64,000 bases of DNA from Balanoglossus misakiensis (taxonomy: Eukaryota > Animalia > Hemichordata). The stretch covers positions 1,984,001 through 2,048,000 of the forward strand of contig CM082590.2 in the NCBI GenBank assembly GCA_040954595.2, in the 5' to 3' direction. The translations under genes and the position numbers were made by a program. Numbering within the stretch: position 1 is the stretch's first letter; every line of letters begins with the position of its first letter. The notes under the pieces were generated by a model. That model worked only from the letters and a program-made list of their open reading frames with translations. It was not told where the DNA came from and did not search any database. Below are positions 26,401 to 41,000 of this stretch, in pieces.

Positions 26401-26960
26401 TAACAGCAATGGCTTTGTGCAGGGTATGATAATAGGTTCTGAAATGTGTATGGTATAATAACGGTGAACAAATTTGAATTTGGTTTAATAAAAGGGTTAA
26501 AAATGTGATGATGGTTTTATGGTAAAATTGGAGTGTACACAGGTTATAAAGGGGTAACAGTGGTTGCTTGTATGAAGGGAATGATAATAGGGTAACAAAT
26601 GTGACTAGTATAAAAAATGTATAATAACGGGTTCATAATATGATGATGGCTTGTGTACACAGGTTATAATGGGTATATGAATGAGAAGGGTATAATAATG
26701 GTAATAGGGTAACAAATGTGACTGGTATAAAAAGGTATAATAACGGGTTCATAATATGATGATGGCTTGTGTACACAGGTTATAATGGGTATATGAATGA
26801 GAGGGGTATAATAATGGTAATAACTGTGTCAGGTTTAATAAGGGTAACAATTGTGCAAGGGTATAATAACGATTAATAATTGTGGTGATGGCTTATGGTG
26901 ATATTAAGTATAAAAGGGTGTTTGATATTGATGGTGATGATAAAGGTATAATAATGATAA
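26401..26960. repeat. Degenerate strand-asymmetric (G/T/A-rich) low-complexity repeat with a 117-bp tandem duplication
   Basis: 'taatagggtaacaaatgtgact' at 26585 and 26702; recurring ggtataataa / gtacacaggttataa motifs; diverged paralog at ~37672-37940. Confidence 0.7.
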
Positions 26961-27939
26961 ATCGTTAAATAAGTGTCCACGGTCTAATAATCATGTTGGT
27001 TCATTCATTGGTTAATGTGAATATTTTATGAATAACATGCTATTATTTCTCAGATAGATAATACTCGTCAGCATCGTTATTCGGTGGAATTTCTAGCAAC
27101 GGTACCCGTGATTGTATTCGCGCATCGACACATTGTACGCGACAGACATGCAGAAAATGTTAGCACAATGTTAGGTTAGCTTAACCTCCCCACCCCATCC
27201 AAATTCCAAATTTAGCTTAGATCATGGGGTGAGAGGAGGAGAGGACAGTTTTTTTCCCTCTTTTGTAATTGGTATGAGGTTTTTTAACTGCCCTTTAGGC
27301 GCGTAAATTAAATATGTTATCATACATGTAGCGTTATCTTGCTTTATTTTAAAACAATTGTGAATGCGCTCTGCAAGATTATGTACACGATAGTGTGTTA
27401 TATAATGCTAAGGTAAAAGTAAACTTAACCCACTAACCCATCACAATATTGTGTGCATAATTAGCAGATGCTATTTTGACTGGCCCATTGTTCAACCAAA
27501 TGACACCTTGTTTCAAAAAGAGCTGAAACTATATTGGTTAATTTCTTTCAGTTTAACCACATGACACATTGCTTCAAACTGGCCTGCAAGATATGCTACT
27601 TGAACTCCCCCCCCCCCCCCCCCCCACCCCCAACAAAAATAAATTAGGGATTAATCACTCGCTATATTATGAACATTCACATGAAAATTATGCAACCAAA
27701 TTAAAGGTATGCTGGAGGCGTCTTCTGATGTCAGGTGGTTCAAATCCACCGATACCTAAGCTGGAAACATAACTTTTCATTGGTGTTCATATATGGCGAA
27801 TAAAACACGCATATTCGTATTATCATTTTTCAGAAATGAACGAATTGAATAAGATTCTTTTCGATATGTCACTATAAACTTTAATCCCATTTCACCCACT
27901 TTACTCAAAATGTAATGTTTAAATAGCAAAGAAGTAATC

Positions 27940-30900
27940 ACTAAACTTTGACACCGGGGTTTAAAATGCATACAGGGATACTAAAAGTTGACTGAAAATC
28001 CCTGGGTTAATACGTGGCCAAAAGCACTGTAATTTGACATTTATAATGCTACCGTGACACTAAATCTGATTCTTTGCATCAGGGTAAATTGTGAAGCAAG
28101 CTTGATGATGCATCATGATAGATGATGTTTCAAGCCCTTCACATTGACATTGGAATATAACGCATATGGGGATTGAAAGTTAATTGTAATTCCCCAGGTT
28201 AATACTTGGCCAAAAGCACTGTAATTTAAAATTGCTAATGCAATGGTGACATTGAATGTGATTCTTTGCATTAGGGGAAATGGCGTAGCAAGCCTAATGG
28301 TGCATCAGAGTAGATGGTGATGCAAGCTCTGCACTTTGACATAGGTATTTAATGCACATGCATGGGTATTTAATGTTGACTGTAAATCATCAGGTTAATA
28401 CGTGGCCATAAGCACTGTAATTTGACATTGCTAATGCAACGATGATATTGAATCTGATTCTTTGCATCAGGGTTAATGGCATTGCAGGCTTGATGATGCA
28501 TCCCGGTAGATAGTGAGGCAAACACTTCACTTTGACATGGGTATTTAATGCATGCGCATTGATATCTAAAGTTGACTCTAAATCCAAGGTTAATACATGG
28601 CCAAATGCACTGTAATTTTAAATTACTAATGCAAGGGTGACATTGAATATGGGTAAATGGTGAAGGAAACGTGATGATGCATCAGGATAGATGGTGTTTC
28701 AAGCCCTTCACATTGACTTTTGAATATAATGCATATGGGGATTTAAAGTTGATTATAAATCCCTAGGTTAATACATGGCCAAAAGCACTTTTATTTGACA
28801 TTGCTAATGCAACAGTGACATTGAATCTGATTCTATGCATCAGGGTAAATGGCAAAGCAAGCTTAATGATGCATCAGGACAGATGGTGTTTCAAGCCCTT
28901 CACATTCACATTGGAATATATCGAATATGGGGATTTAAAGTTGACTGTAAATCCTCAGGTTAATACGTGGCCATAAGCACTGTAATTTGACAGTGCTAAT
29001 GCAATGGTGACATTGAATCTGATCATATGCATCAGGGTAAATGGCGATGCAGGCTTGATGATGCATCACGGTAGATAGTGATGCAAACAGTTCACTTTGA
29101 CATGGGTTTAAATGGATATGGGGATTTCAAGTTGATTACAAATCCCTGGGTTAATACGCGTCCAAAAGCAATGTAATTTGACATTGCTAATGAAATGGTG
29201 ACATTGAATGTAATTCTTTGCATTAGGGGAAATGGCTAAGCAAGCTTAAAGATGCATCGGAGTATATGGTGATGCAAGCTATGCACTTTGACATACAAAT
29301 TTAATGCATATGCATGGGTATTTAATGTTGACTGTAAATCCCCAGGTTAATACGTGGCCAAAAGCACTGTAATTTGACATTGCTAATGCTACTGTGACAC
29401 TAAATCTGATTCTTTGCATTAGGGTATATTGTGAAGCAAGCTTGATGATTCATCAGGATAGATGGTGTTTCAAGCCCTTCACATTGACATTGGAATATAA
29501 CGCATATGGGGATTTAAAGTTGATTATAAATACCCAGGTTAATACATGGCCAAAAGCACTGTAATTTAAAATTGCTAATGCAATGGTGACATTGAATGTG
29601 ATTCTTTGCATTAGGGGAAATGGCGTAGCAAGCCTAATAGTGCATCAGAGTAGATGGTGATGCAAGCTCTGCACTTTGACATAGGTATTTAATGCATATG
29701 CATGTGTATTTAATGTTGACTATAAATCCTCAGGTGAATACATGGCCATAAGCACTATAATTTGACATTGCTAATGAAATGGTGACACTGAATCTGATTC
29801 TTTGCATCAGGGCAGATTGTGAAACATGCTTGATGATGCATTAGGGTCAATAGTGATGGAAACACTGCACTATGACATGGGTATTTAATGCATACGCATT
29901 GATATTTACAGTTGACTGTTAATCCCTAGGTTAATACACGGCCAAAAGCACTGTAATTTAAAATTACTAATGCAAGGGTGACATTGAATATGGGTAAATG
30001 GTGAAGCAAACGTGATGATGCATCAGGATAGATGGTGTTTCAAGCCCTTCACATTGACTTTTGAATAAAATGCATATGGGGATTTAAAGTTGATTGTAAA
30101 TCCCTAGGTTAATACATGGCCAAAAGCAATTTTATTTGACATTGCTAATTGAACGATGGCATTGAATCAGATTCTTTGCATCAGGGTAAATGGCGATGCA
30201 AGCTTGATGATGCATCACGGTAGATAGTGATGCAAACACTTCACTTTGATATGGGTATTAAATGCATATGGGGATTTCAAGTTGATTACAAATCCCTGGG
30301 TTAATACATGGCCAAAAGCACTGTAATATGACATTGCCAATGCTACTGTGATACTAAATTTGATTCTTTGCATCAGGGTTAATGGTGAAACAAACTTGAT
30401 GATGCATCAGGATAGATGGTCTTTCAAGCCCTTCACATTGACATTGGAATATAACGCATATGGGGATTTAAAGTTGATTGTAAATACCCAGGTTAATACA
30501 TGGCCAAAAGCACTGTAATTTAAAATTGCTAATGCAATGGTGACATTGAATGTGATTTTTTGCATTAGGGGAAATGGCGTAGCAAGCCTAATGGTGCATC
30601 AGAGTAGATGGTGATGCAAGCTCTGCACTTTGACATAGGTATTTAATGCACATGCATGGGTATTTAATGTTGACTGTAAATCATCAGGTTAATACGTGGC
30701 CATAAGCACTATAATTTGACATTGCTAATGCAACGATGACATTGAATCTGATTCTTTGCATCAGGGTAAATGGCGATGCCTGCTTGATGATGCATCCCGG
30801 TAGTTAGTGATGCAAACACTTAACTTTGACATGGGTATTAAATGCATATGGGGATTAAAAGTTGACTGAAAATCCCTGGGTTAATACAAGTCCTAAAGCA

Positions 30901-33900
30901 CTGAAATTTGACACAGCTAATACAATGGTGACATTGAATGTGATTCCTTGCATTAGGGGAAATGGCGTAGCAAGCCTAATGATGCATCAGTGTAGATGGT
31001 GATCCAAGCTCTGCGCTTTGACATACGTATTTAATGCATATGCATGGGTATTTAATGTTGACTGTAAATCCCTAGGTTAATACATGGCCATAAGTACTGT
31101 AATTTGACATTGCTGATGCTACTGTGATACTAAATCTGATTCTTTGCATCAGGGAAAATGGTGAAGCAGGCTTGATGATGCATCAGGATAGATGGTGTTT
31201 CAAGCCCTTCACATTGACATTGGAATGTAATTCATATGGGGATTTCAAGTTGATTATAAATCCCTAGGTTAATACATGGCCAAAAGCAATTTTATTTGAC
31301 ATTGCTAATTGAACGATGGCATTGAATCAGATTCTTTGCATCAGGGTAAATGGCGATGCAAGCTTGATGATGCATCACGGTAGATAGTGATGCAAACACT
31401 TCACTTTGTCATGGGTATTAAATACATATGGGGATTTCAAGTTGATTACAAATCCCTGGGTTAATACATGGCCAAAAGCACTGTAATTTGACATTGCTAA
31501 TACAATGGTGACATATAATGCATATGGGGATTTCAAGTTGATTATAAATCCCTAGGTTAATACATGGCCAAAAGCACTTTTATTTGACATTGCTAATGCA
31601 ACAGTGACATTGAATCTAATTCTATACATCAGGGTAAATGGCGAAGCAAGCTTAATGATGCATCAGGACAGATGGTGTTTCAAGCCCTTCACATTCACAT
31701 TGGAATATATATCGAATATGGGGATTTAAAGTTGACTGTAAATCCTCAGGTTAATACGTGGCCATAAGCACTGTAATTTGACAGTGCTAATGCAATGGTG
31801 ACATTGAATCTGATCCTATGCATCAGGGTAAATGGCGATGTAGGCTTGATGATGCATCACGGTAGATAGTGATGCAAACAGTTCACTTTGACATGGGTTT
31901 AAATGGATATGGGGATTTCAAGTTGATTACAAATCCCTGGGTTAATACGCGTCCAAAAGCAATGTAATTTGACATTGCTAATGAAATGGTGACATTGAAT
32001 GTAATTCTTTGCATTAGGGGAAATGGCTAAGCAAGCTTAAAGATGCATCGGAGTATATGGTGATGCAAGCTATGCACTTTGACATACGTATTTAATGCAT
32101 ATGCATGGGTATTTAATGTTGACTGTAAATCCCCAGGTTAATACGTGGCCAAAAGCACTGTAATTTGACATTGCTAATGCTACTGTGACACTAAATCTGA
32201 TTCTTTGCATTAGGGTATATTGTGAAGCAAGCTTGATGATGCATCAGGATAGATGGTGTTTCAAGCCCTTCACATTGACATTGGAATATAACGCATATGG
32301 GGATTTAAAGTTGATTGTAAATACCCAGGTTAATACATGGCCAAAAGCACTGTAATTTGACATTTATAATGCTACCGTGACACTAAATCTGATTCTTTGC
32401 ATCAGGGTAAATTGTGAAACAAACTTGATGATGCATCAGGATAGATGGTGTTTCAAACCCTTCACATTGACATTGGAATATAACGCATATGGGGATTTAA
32501 AGTTGATTGTAAATACCCAGGTTAATACATGGCCAAAAGCACTGTAATTTAAAATTGCTAATGCAATGGTGACATTGAATGTGATTCTTTTTATTAGGGG
32601 AAATGGTGTAGCAAGCCTAATAGTGCATCAGAGTAGATGGTGATGCAAGCTCTGCACTTTGACATAGGTATTTAATGCATATGCATGTGTATTTAATGTT
32701 GACTATAAATCCTCAGGTGAATACATGGCCATAAGCACTATAATTTGACATTGCTAATGAAATGGTGACATAGAATGTGATTCTTTGCATTAGGGAAAAT
32801 GGCGTAGCAAGCCTAATGATGCATCAGTGTAGATGGTGATCCAAGCTCTGCGCTTTGACATACGTATTTAATGCATATGCATGGGTATTTAATGTTGACT
32901 GTAAATCCCTAGGTTAATACATGGCCATAAGTACTGTAATTTGACATTGCTGATGCTACTGTGATACTAAATCTGATTCTTTGCATCAGGGAAAATGGTG
33001 AAGCAGGCTTGATGATGCATCAGGATAGATGGTGTTTCAAGCCCTTCACATTGACATTGGAATGTAATTCATATGGGGATTTCAAGTTGATTATAAATCC
33101 CTAGGTTAATACATGGCCAAAAGCAATTTTATTTGACATTGCTAATTGAACGATGGCATTGAATCAGATTCTTTGCATCAGGGTAAATGGCGATGCAAGC
33201 TTGATGATGCATCACGGTAGATAGTGATGCAAACACTTAACTTTGACATGAGTATTTAATGCATATGCATGGGTATTTAATGTTGACTGTAAATCCCCAT
33301 GTTAATACGTGGCCAAAAGCACTGTAATTTGACATTGCTAATGCTACCGTGACACTAAATCTGATTCTTTGCATTAGGGTATATTGTGAAACAAACTTGA
33401 TGATGCATCAGGATAGATGGTGTTTCAAGCCCTTCACATTGACATTGGAATATAACGCATATGGGGATTTAAAGTTGATTGTAAATACCCAGGTTAATAC
33501 ATGGCCAAAAGCACTGTAATTTAAAATTGCTAATGCAATGGTGACATTGAATGTGATTCTTTTTATTAGGGGAAATGGTGTAGCAAGCCTAATAGTGCAT
33601 CAGAGTAGATGGTGATGCAAGCTCTGCACTTTGACATAGGTATTTAATGCATATGCATGTGTATTTAATGTTGACTATAAATCCTCAGGTGAATACATGG
33701 CCATAAGCACTATAATTTGACATTGCTAATGAAATGGTGACATTGAATGTGATTCTTTGCATTAGGGAAAATGGCGTAGCAAGCCTAATGATGCATCAGT
33801 GTAGACGGTGATCCAAGCTCTGCGCTTTGACATACGTATTTAATGCATATGCATGGGTATTTAATGTTGACTGTAAATCCCTAGGTTAATACATGGCCAT

Positions 33901-36900
33901 AAGTACTGTAATTTGACATTGCTGATGCTACTGTGATACTAAATCTGATTCTTTGCATCAGGGAAAATGGTGAAGCAGGCTTGATGATGCATCAGGATAG
34001 ATGGTGTTTCAAGCCGTTCAATTTAACATTGCAATATTATGCATAAGGGGATTTAAAGTTGATTGTAAACCCCAAAGTTAATACATAGCCAAAAGCACTG
34101 TAATATGACATTGCTAATGCTACTGTGATACTAAATTTGATTCTTTGCATCAGGGTTAATGGTGAAACAAACTTGATGATGCATCAGGGTAGATGGTCTT
34201 TCAAGCCCTTCACATTGACATGGGAATATAATGCATATGGGGATTTAAAGTTGATTGTAAATCGCCAGGTTAATACATGGCCAAAAGCACTGTAATTTAA
34301 AATTGCTAATGCAATGGTGACATTGAATGTGATTCTTTGCATTAGGGGAAATGGCGTAGCAAGCCTAATGGTGCATCAGAGTAGATGGTGATGCAAGCTC
34401 TGCACTTTGACATAGGTATTTAATGCATATGCATGGGTATTTAATGTTGACTATAAATCCTCAGGTTAATACGTGGCCATAAGCACTATAATTTGACATT
34501 GCTAATGCAACGATGACATTAAATCTGATTCTTTGCATCAGGGTAAATGGCGATGCCTGCTTGATGATGCATCCCGGTAGATAGTGATGCAAACACTTAA
34601 CTTTGACATGGGTATTAAATGCATATGGGGATTAAAAGTTGACTGAAAATCCCTGGGTTAATACAAGTCCTAAAGCACTGAAATTTGACACAGCTAATAC
34701 AATGGTGACATTGAATGTGATTCTTTGCATTAGGGAAAATGGTGTAGCAAGCCTAATGATGCATCAGTGTAGATGGTGATCCAAGCTCTGCGCTTTGACA
34801 TACGTATTTAATGCATATGCATGGGTATTTAATGTTGGCTGTAAATCACTAGGTTAATACATGGCCATAAGTACTGTAATTTGACATTGCTGATGCTACT
34901 GTGATACTAAATCTGATTCTTTGCATCAGGGAAAATGGTGAAGCAGGCTTGATGATGCATCAGGATAGATGGTGTTTCAAGCCCTTCACATTGACATTGG
35001 AATGTAATTCATATGGGGATTTCAAGTTGATTATAAATCCCTTGGTTAATATGTGGCCGAAAGCACTTTTATTTGCCATTGCTAATGCTATGGTGACACT
35101 AAATCTGATTCTTTGCATCAGGGAAAATGGTGAAGCAAGCTTGATGATACATCCGTATAGTTGGTGTTTAAAGCCATTCAATTTAACATTGCAATATAAT
35201 GCATAAGGGGATTTAAAGTTGATTGTAAACCCCCAAGTTAATACATAGCCAAAAGCACTGTAATTTGACATTGCTAATGCTACTGTGATACTAAATTTGA
35301 TTCTTTGCATCAGGGTTAATGGTGAAACAAACTTGATGATGCATCAGGGTAGATGGTCTTTCAAGCCCTGAACATTGACATGGGAATATAATGCATATGG
35401 GGATTTAAAGTTGATTGTAAATCGCCAGGTTAATACATTGACAAAAGCACTGTAATTTGACATGGCTAATGCTACTGTGATACTAAATCTGATTTTTGCA
35501 TCACGGTTAATGGCGAAACAAACTTGATGATGCATCAGGAGAAATGGTGATGGAGACACTGCACTTTGACATGCGTATTTAATGCATATGCACTGATGTT
35601 TAAAGTTGACTGTAAATCGCCAGGGTAATACGTGGCCAAAAGCACAGTAATTTGACATTGCGAATGTAACAGTGACATTTAATCTGATTCTTTGCATTAG
35701 GGCTAATGGCGAAGCACGCTTGATGATGCATTACTGTAGATAGTGATGCAAACACTTCGCTTTGACATGGATAAAAAGCATATGGGGATTTCAAGTTGAT
35801 TATAAATCCTGAGGTTAATACATGGCCAAAAGCACTGTAATTTGACATTGCTAATGCAATGGTGACATTGAATCTGATTCTTTGCATCAGTGTAAATGGC
35901 GAAGTATGCTTGATGATGCATCATGGTAGATTGTGATGCAAACACTTCGCTTAGAAATAGGAATAAAATACATATGGGGATTTCAAGTTGATTACAAATC
36001 CCTGGGTTAATACATGGCCAAAAGCACTGTAATTTGACATTGCTAATACAACGGTGACATTTAATCTGATTCTTTGCATCAGGGCAAATTATGAAGCAAG
36101 CTTAATGATGCATCGGAGTATATGGTGATGCAAGCTATGCACTTTGACATACAAATTTAATGCATATGCATAGGTATTTAATGTTGACTGTAAATCCCAA
36201 GGTTAATACGTGGCCAAAAGCACTGTAATTTGACATTGCTAATGCTACTGTGATACTAAATTTGATTATTTGCATCAGGGTTAATGGTGAAACAAACTTG
36301 ATGATGCATCAGGGTAGATGGTCTTTCAAGCCCTTCACATTGACATTGGAATATAACGCATATGGGGATTTAAAGTTGATTGTAAATCCCCAGGTTAATA
36401 CATGGCCAAAAGCACTGTAATTTAAAATTGCTAATGCAATGGTGACATTGAATGTGATTCTTTGCATTAGGGGAAATGGCGTAGCAAGCCTAATAGTGCA
36501 TCAGAGTAGATGGTGATGCAAGGTCTGCACTTTGACATAGGTATTTAATGCATATGCATGTGTATTTAATGTTGACTATAAATCCTCAGGTGAATACATG
36601 GCCATAAGCACTATAATTTGACATTGCTAATGAAATGGTGATACTGAATCTGATTCTTTGCATCAGGGCAGATTGTGAAACATGCTTGATGATGCATTAG
36701 GGTCAATAGTGATTGAAACACTGCACTATGACATGGGTATTTAATGCATACACATTGGTATTTACAGTTGACTGTGAATCCCGAGGTTAATACATGGCCA
36801 AAAGCACTGTAATTTAAAATTACTAATGCAAGGGTGACATTGAATATGGGTAAATGGTGAAGCAAACGTGATGATGCATCAGGATAGATGGTGTTTCAAG

Positions 36901-37588
36901 CCCTTCACATTGACTTTTGAATAAAATGCATATGGGGATTTAAAGTTGATTGTAAATCTCTAGGTTAATACATGGCCAAAAGCAATTTTATTTGACATTG
37001 CTTATTGAACGATGGCATTGAATCAGATTCTTTGCATCAGGGTAAATGGCGATGCAAGCTTGATGATGCATCACGGTAGATAGTGATGCAAACACTTCAC
37101 TTTGACATGGGTATTAAATGCATATGGGGATTTCAAGTTGATTACAAATCCCTGGGTTAATACATGGCCAAAAGCACTGTAATTTGACATTGCTAATGCT
37201 ACCGTGACACTAAAGCTGATTCTTTGCATTAGGGTAAATTGTGAAGCAAGCGTGATGATGCATCAGGATAGATGGTGTTTCAAGCCCTTCACATTGACAT
37301 TGGAATATAATGCATATGGGGATTTAAAGTTGATTGTAAATACCCAGGTTAATACATGGCCAAAAGCACTGTAATTTAAAATTGCTAATGCAATGGTGAC
37401 ATTGAATGTGATTCTTTGCATTAGGGGAAATGGCGTAGCAAGCCTAATGGTGCATCAGAGTAGATGGTGATGCAAGCTCTGCACTTTGACATAGGTATTT
37501 AATGCATATGTATGGGTATTTAATGTTGACTATAAATCATCAGGTTAATACGTGGCCATAAGTACTGTAATTTGACATTGCTAATGCT
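27940..37588. repeat. Satellite B: ~192-196-bp monomer (some 178-bp deletion variants), about 50 copies, more diverged than A
   Basis: Anchor gttaatac(a/g)tggccaaaagcactgtaatttgacattgctaatgc at 28006, 28198, 28394, 28589, 28767, 28959; internal palindromes tgatgcatca and atgcatatgcat. Confidence 0.96.
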
Positions 37589-38072
37589 TTCAATACATGT
37601 TCCCTGTGGGGTGTTGAAGGATGCAGTAACAGATTAATAATTGGTTGTGATTGCTTTTGCTAGAATTGGGTTAACAGCAATGGCTGGTCTAAAGGGTATG
37701 CTAATATGTTCATAAATGTGAATTGTATAATAAAGGGGAACACATATGAATGTTTAATAAAAAGGTTACAAATGTGATAATTGTTGGTAAAATTTAACTG
37801 TACATAGGTTATAAATGGTTAACAGCATTTGCTTGTATGAAAGGTATGATCATAGGGTAACAACTGAGAATGGTATAAAAATGTCTAATAGTAGGTTTAT
37901 AATAAGATGATTGCTTGTGTTCACAGGTTACAGTGGGTAAATGACGTAATGTCATAATGTTAAATCTAAACGACTATATGCTAGGTTAGCTTTACCTCCC
38001 CACCCCGTCAAAATTCCAAATTTAGCTTGCTGGGACATTTTAGGGTAGTACCAATTCGGAAACTTTCATGGT

Positions 38073-41000
38073 TCATTCATTGAACCAAATACTGGATTTG
38101 ACACACTGTGTCTGGGGTGGGTAAAGCATGGTGAAATGTTGGCGTTAAACTTTAACCAGACAGGTCACATGAAAGGAAGATTTTATCATTTGAGTTCGAT
38201 GACATACATGATAAGATATGTCAGTTTTTACACCTTTTTTTGCAGACGTATATGCTGATGTATTTTTTTCCATTGGACACAGTAGGCAAAGTCCTGTCTG
38301 TGTTTAAAATGATACCCTGATCACACACAGTGAGAAATGTCAGCCTTTGACTACCATGTTAAATTATCTATTTTATGCATTGTTAATCATGCACTGTGAT
38401 GTTTACTGCAGGTAAATTTTTTCCCCTGTGGAAACTTACTATGCTTTGAATACATGTTCCCTAATGGGGTGTTGAAGGATACAGTAGGATCTGTTTCTGT
38501 AGCAACTGATTTTTCTGAACTTTTGCAAAGTCGAAATTTCAGGACCCATGATTTTTTTCAAAAATGTGAAGAAATTTTGAACTTTCGCAAAGTCGAAAAT
38601 TTTTCATTTTTGGACGATTTTCATGACCTATAACCCATGATTTGTTTTCAAAACATCAAGAAATTTTGAACTTTCGCAAAGGCGAAACATTGTCATTTTG
38701 GGGTGATTTTCGTGACCCATGATTTTTTTCAAAAATGTGAAGTAATTTTGAACTTTCGCAAAGTCGAAAAATTGTAATTTTTTGATGGTTTTCATGAGCT
38801 GCAACCCATGATTTTTTTCAAGAAAACGAAGAAATTTTGAACTTTCGCAAAGTCTAATTATTGTTATTTTTGGAAGAGTTTCAAGAGCTACAACCCATGA
38901 TTTTTTTCCCAAAAAATGTGAAGAGATTTTGAACTTTCGCAAAGTCGAAATATTGTCATTTTTGGACGATTTTCATGACCCATAATTTTTTTTCAAAAAA
39001 TGAAGAAATTTTGAACCTTCGCAAAGACGAAAAATTGTAATTTTTGGATGATTTATATGAGCTATAACGCATGATTTATTTCTTCAAAAATGTAAAGAAA
39101 TTTTGAACTTTCTCAATGTGGAAAAATTGTTATTTTTGGTGATTTTCATGAGCTATAACCCATGATTTTTTTCAAAAAAGTGAAGAAATTTAGAAATTTC
39201 GCAAAGTCGAAAAATTGTAATTTTTTGATTGTTTTCATGAGCTGTAACCCATGATTTTTTTTAAGAAAACGAAGAAATTTTGAACTTTCGCAAAGTCGAA
39301 AAATTGTTATTTATGGGTGATTTTCATGACCCATGATTTTTTTCAAAAATGTGAACTAATTTTAACTTTCGCAAAGTCGAAAAATTGTAATTTTGTGATG
39401 GTTTTTATGAGCTAAACCCATGATTTTTTTCCAAAAATGTGAAGAAGTTTTGAATTTTCGCAAAGTCGAAAAATTGTAATTTTTTGATGGTTTTCATGAG
39501 CTGTAACCATGATTTTTTTCAAGAAAACGAAGAAATGTTGAACTTTCGCAAAGTCGAAAAATTGCTATTTTTGGATGATTTCCGAGAGCTAAAACCCATG
39601 ATTTTTTTCCAAAAATGTGAAGAGATGTTGAACTTTCGCAAAGTCTAAAAATAGTCATTTTTGGACGATTTTCAGGACCTATAACCCGTTATTTTCTTCA
39701 AAAAATGAACAAATTTTGAAATTTCGCAAAGTCGAAAAATTGTTATTTTTGGGTGATTTCCATGAGCTATAACGCATGATTTTTTTCTTCAAAAATGTGA
39801 AGAAATTTTGAACTTTCGCAATGTGGACAAATTGTAATTTTTGGATGATTTTCATGAGCTATAACCCATGATTTTTTTCTTTGAACTTTATCAAGGTAAC
39901 CCATGATTTTTTTCAAAAAAATGAAGAAATTTTGAACTTTTGCAAAGTCGAAAAATTGTAATTTTTTGATGGTTTTCATGAGCTGTAACCCATAATTTTT
40001 TTCAAGAAAACGAAGAAATTTTGAACGTTCGCAATGTGGAAAAATTGTCATTTTTGGATGATTTTCATGAGCTATAACACGTGATTTTTTTTCAAAAAAG
40101 TGAAGAAATTTAGAAATTTAGCAAAGTCGAAAAATTGTCATTTTTGGAAGATGTTTGAAATTTATCAAGGTAACCAATGATTTTTTTTTTAAAAATGAAG
40201 AAATTTTGAACTTTCGCAGAAGCGAAAAATTGTAATTTTTTTATGGTTTTCATGATCTGTAACCATGATTTTTTTCAAGAAAACGAAGAAATTTTGAACT
40301 TTCGCAAAGTCAAAAAATTGTTATTTTTGGATGATTTTCAAGAGCTAAAACCCTCATTCATTGTGTCCAATATTTGATTTGACACACTGTGTCAGGGGTG
40401 GGTAAAGCATGGTGAAATGTTGGCGGTAAACTTTAACCAGGCAGGTCACATGAAAGGAAGATTTTATCCTTTGAGTTCGACGACATACATGATAAGATTT
40501 GTCACTTTTGACACCTTTTTTCCCAATTTGTCTTAGACGCAGATGTATCTTTTCCATCTGGACACAGTAGGCAAAGTCCCGTCTGTGTTTAAAATGATAC
40601 CCTGGTCACACACAGTGATAAATGTCAGCCTTTGACTACTGTGTTAAATTATCTAATGTATGCATTGTTAATCACCCTCTGTGAAGTTTGGTGCAGGTTT
40701 TTCTTTTCCAGGGTTGAAACATACTATGCTTTGAATACATGTTTCCTATGGGGGTGTTGAAGGAAACAGTAGGATATGTTTCTCCAGCAATTATGACACT
40801 GTTTTCAACATGTTTGTCTGGTGGCAATATGTGATTATATGTTGGTATACATCATGGGTTGATAAATGTTGTACGTAGTGCTGGGTTTGACACCCTGGTT
40901 TGGGGCGGGTAAATTTTAGGGGGAACTTTATCCAGCCATGTAATATGTGAGGAATAGCTAATACTTTGAATTGGGGACAAACATGACAACATTGATCACT

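Noticed and set aside
27606-27631. Poly-C run and the proline-rich ORF 27569-27772
   Set aside because: Simple homopolymer; no coding support.
34901-36865. ORFs in satellite B (192 bp = 64 codons) as a repeat-protein gene
   Set aside because: 196- and 178-bp variants break the frame, stops are frequent, and no recognisable domain is present.
38582-38600. tttcgcaaagtcgaaa as a CENP-B box
   Set aside because: Spacing is one base short and the CGGG of TTCGnnnnAnnCGGG is missing.
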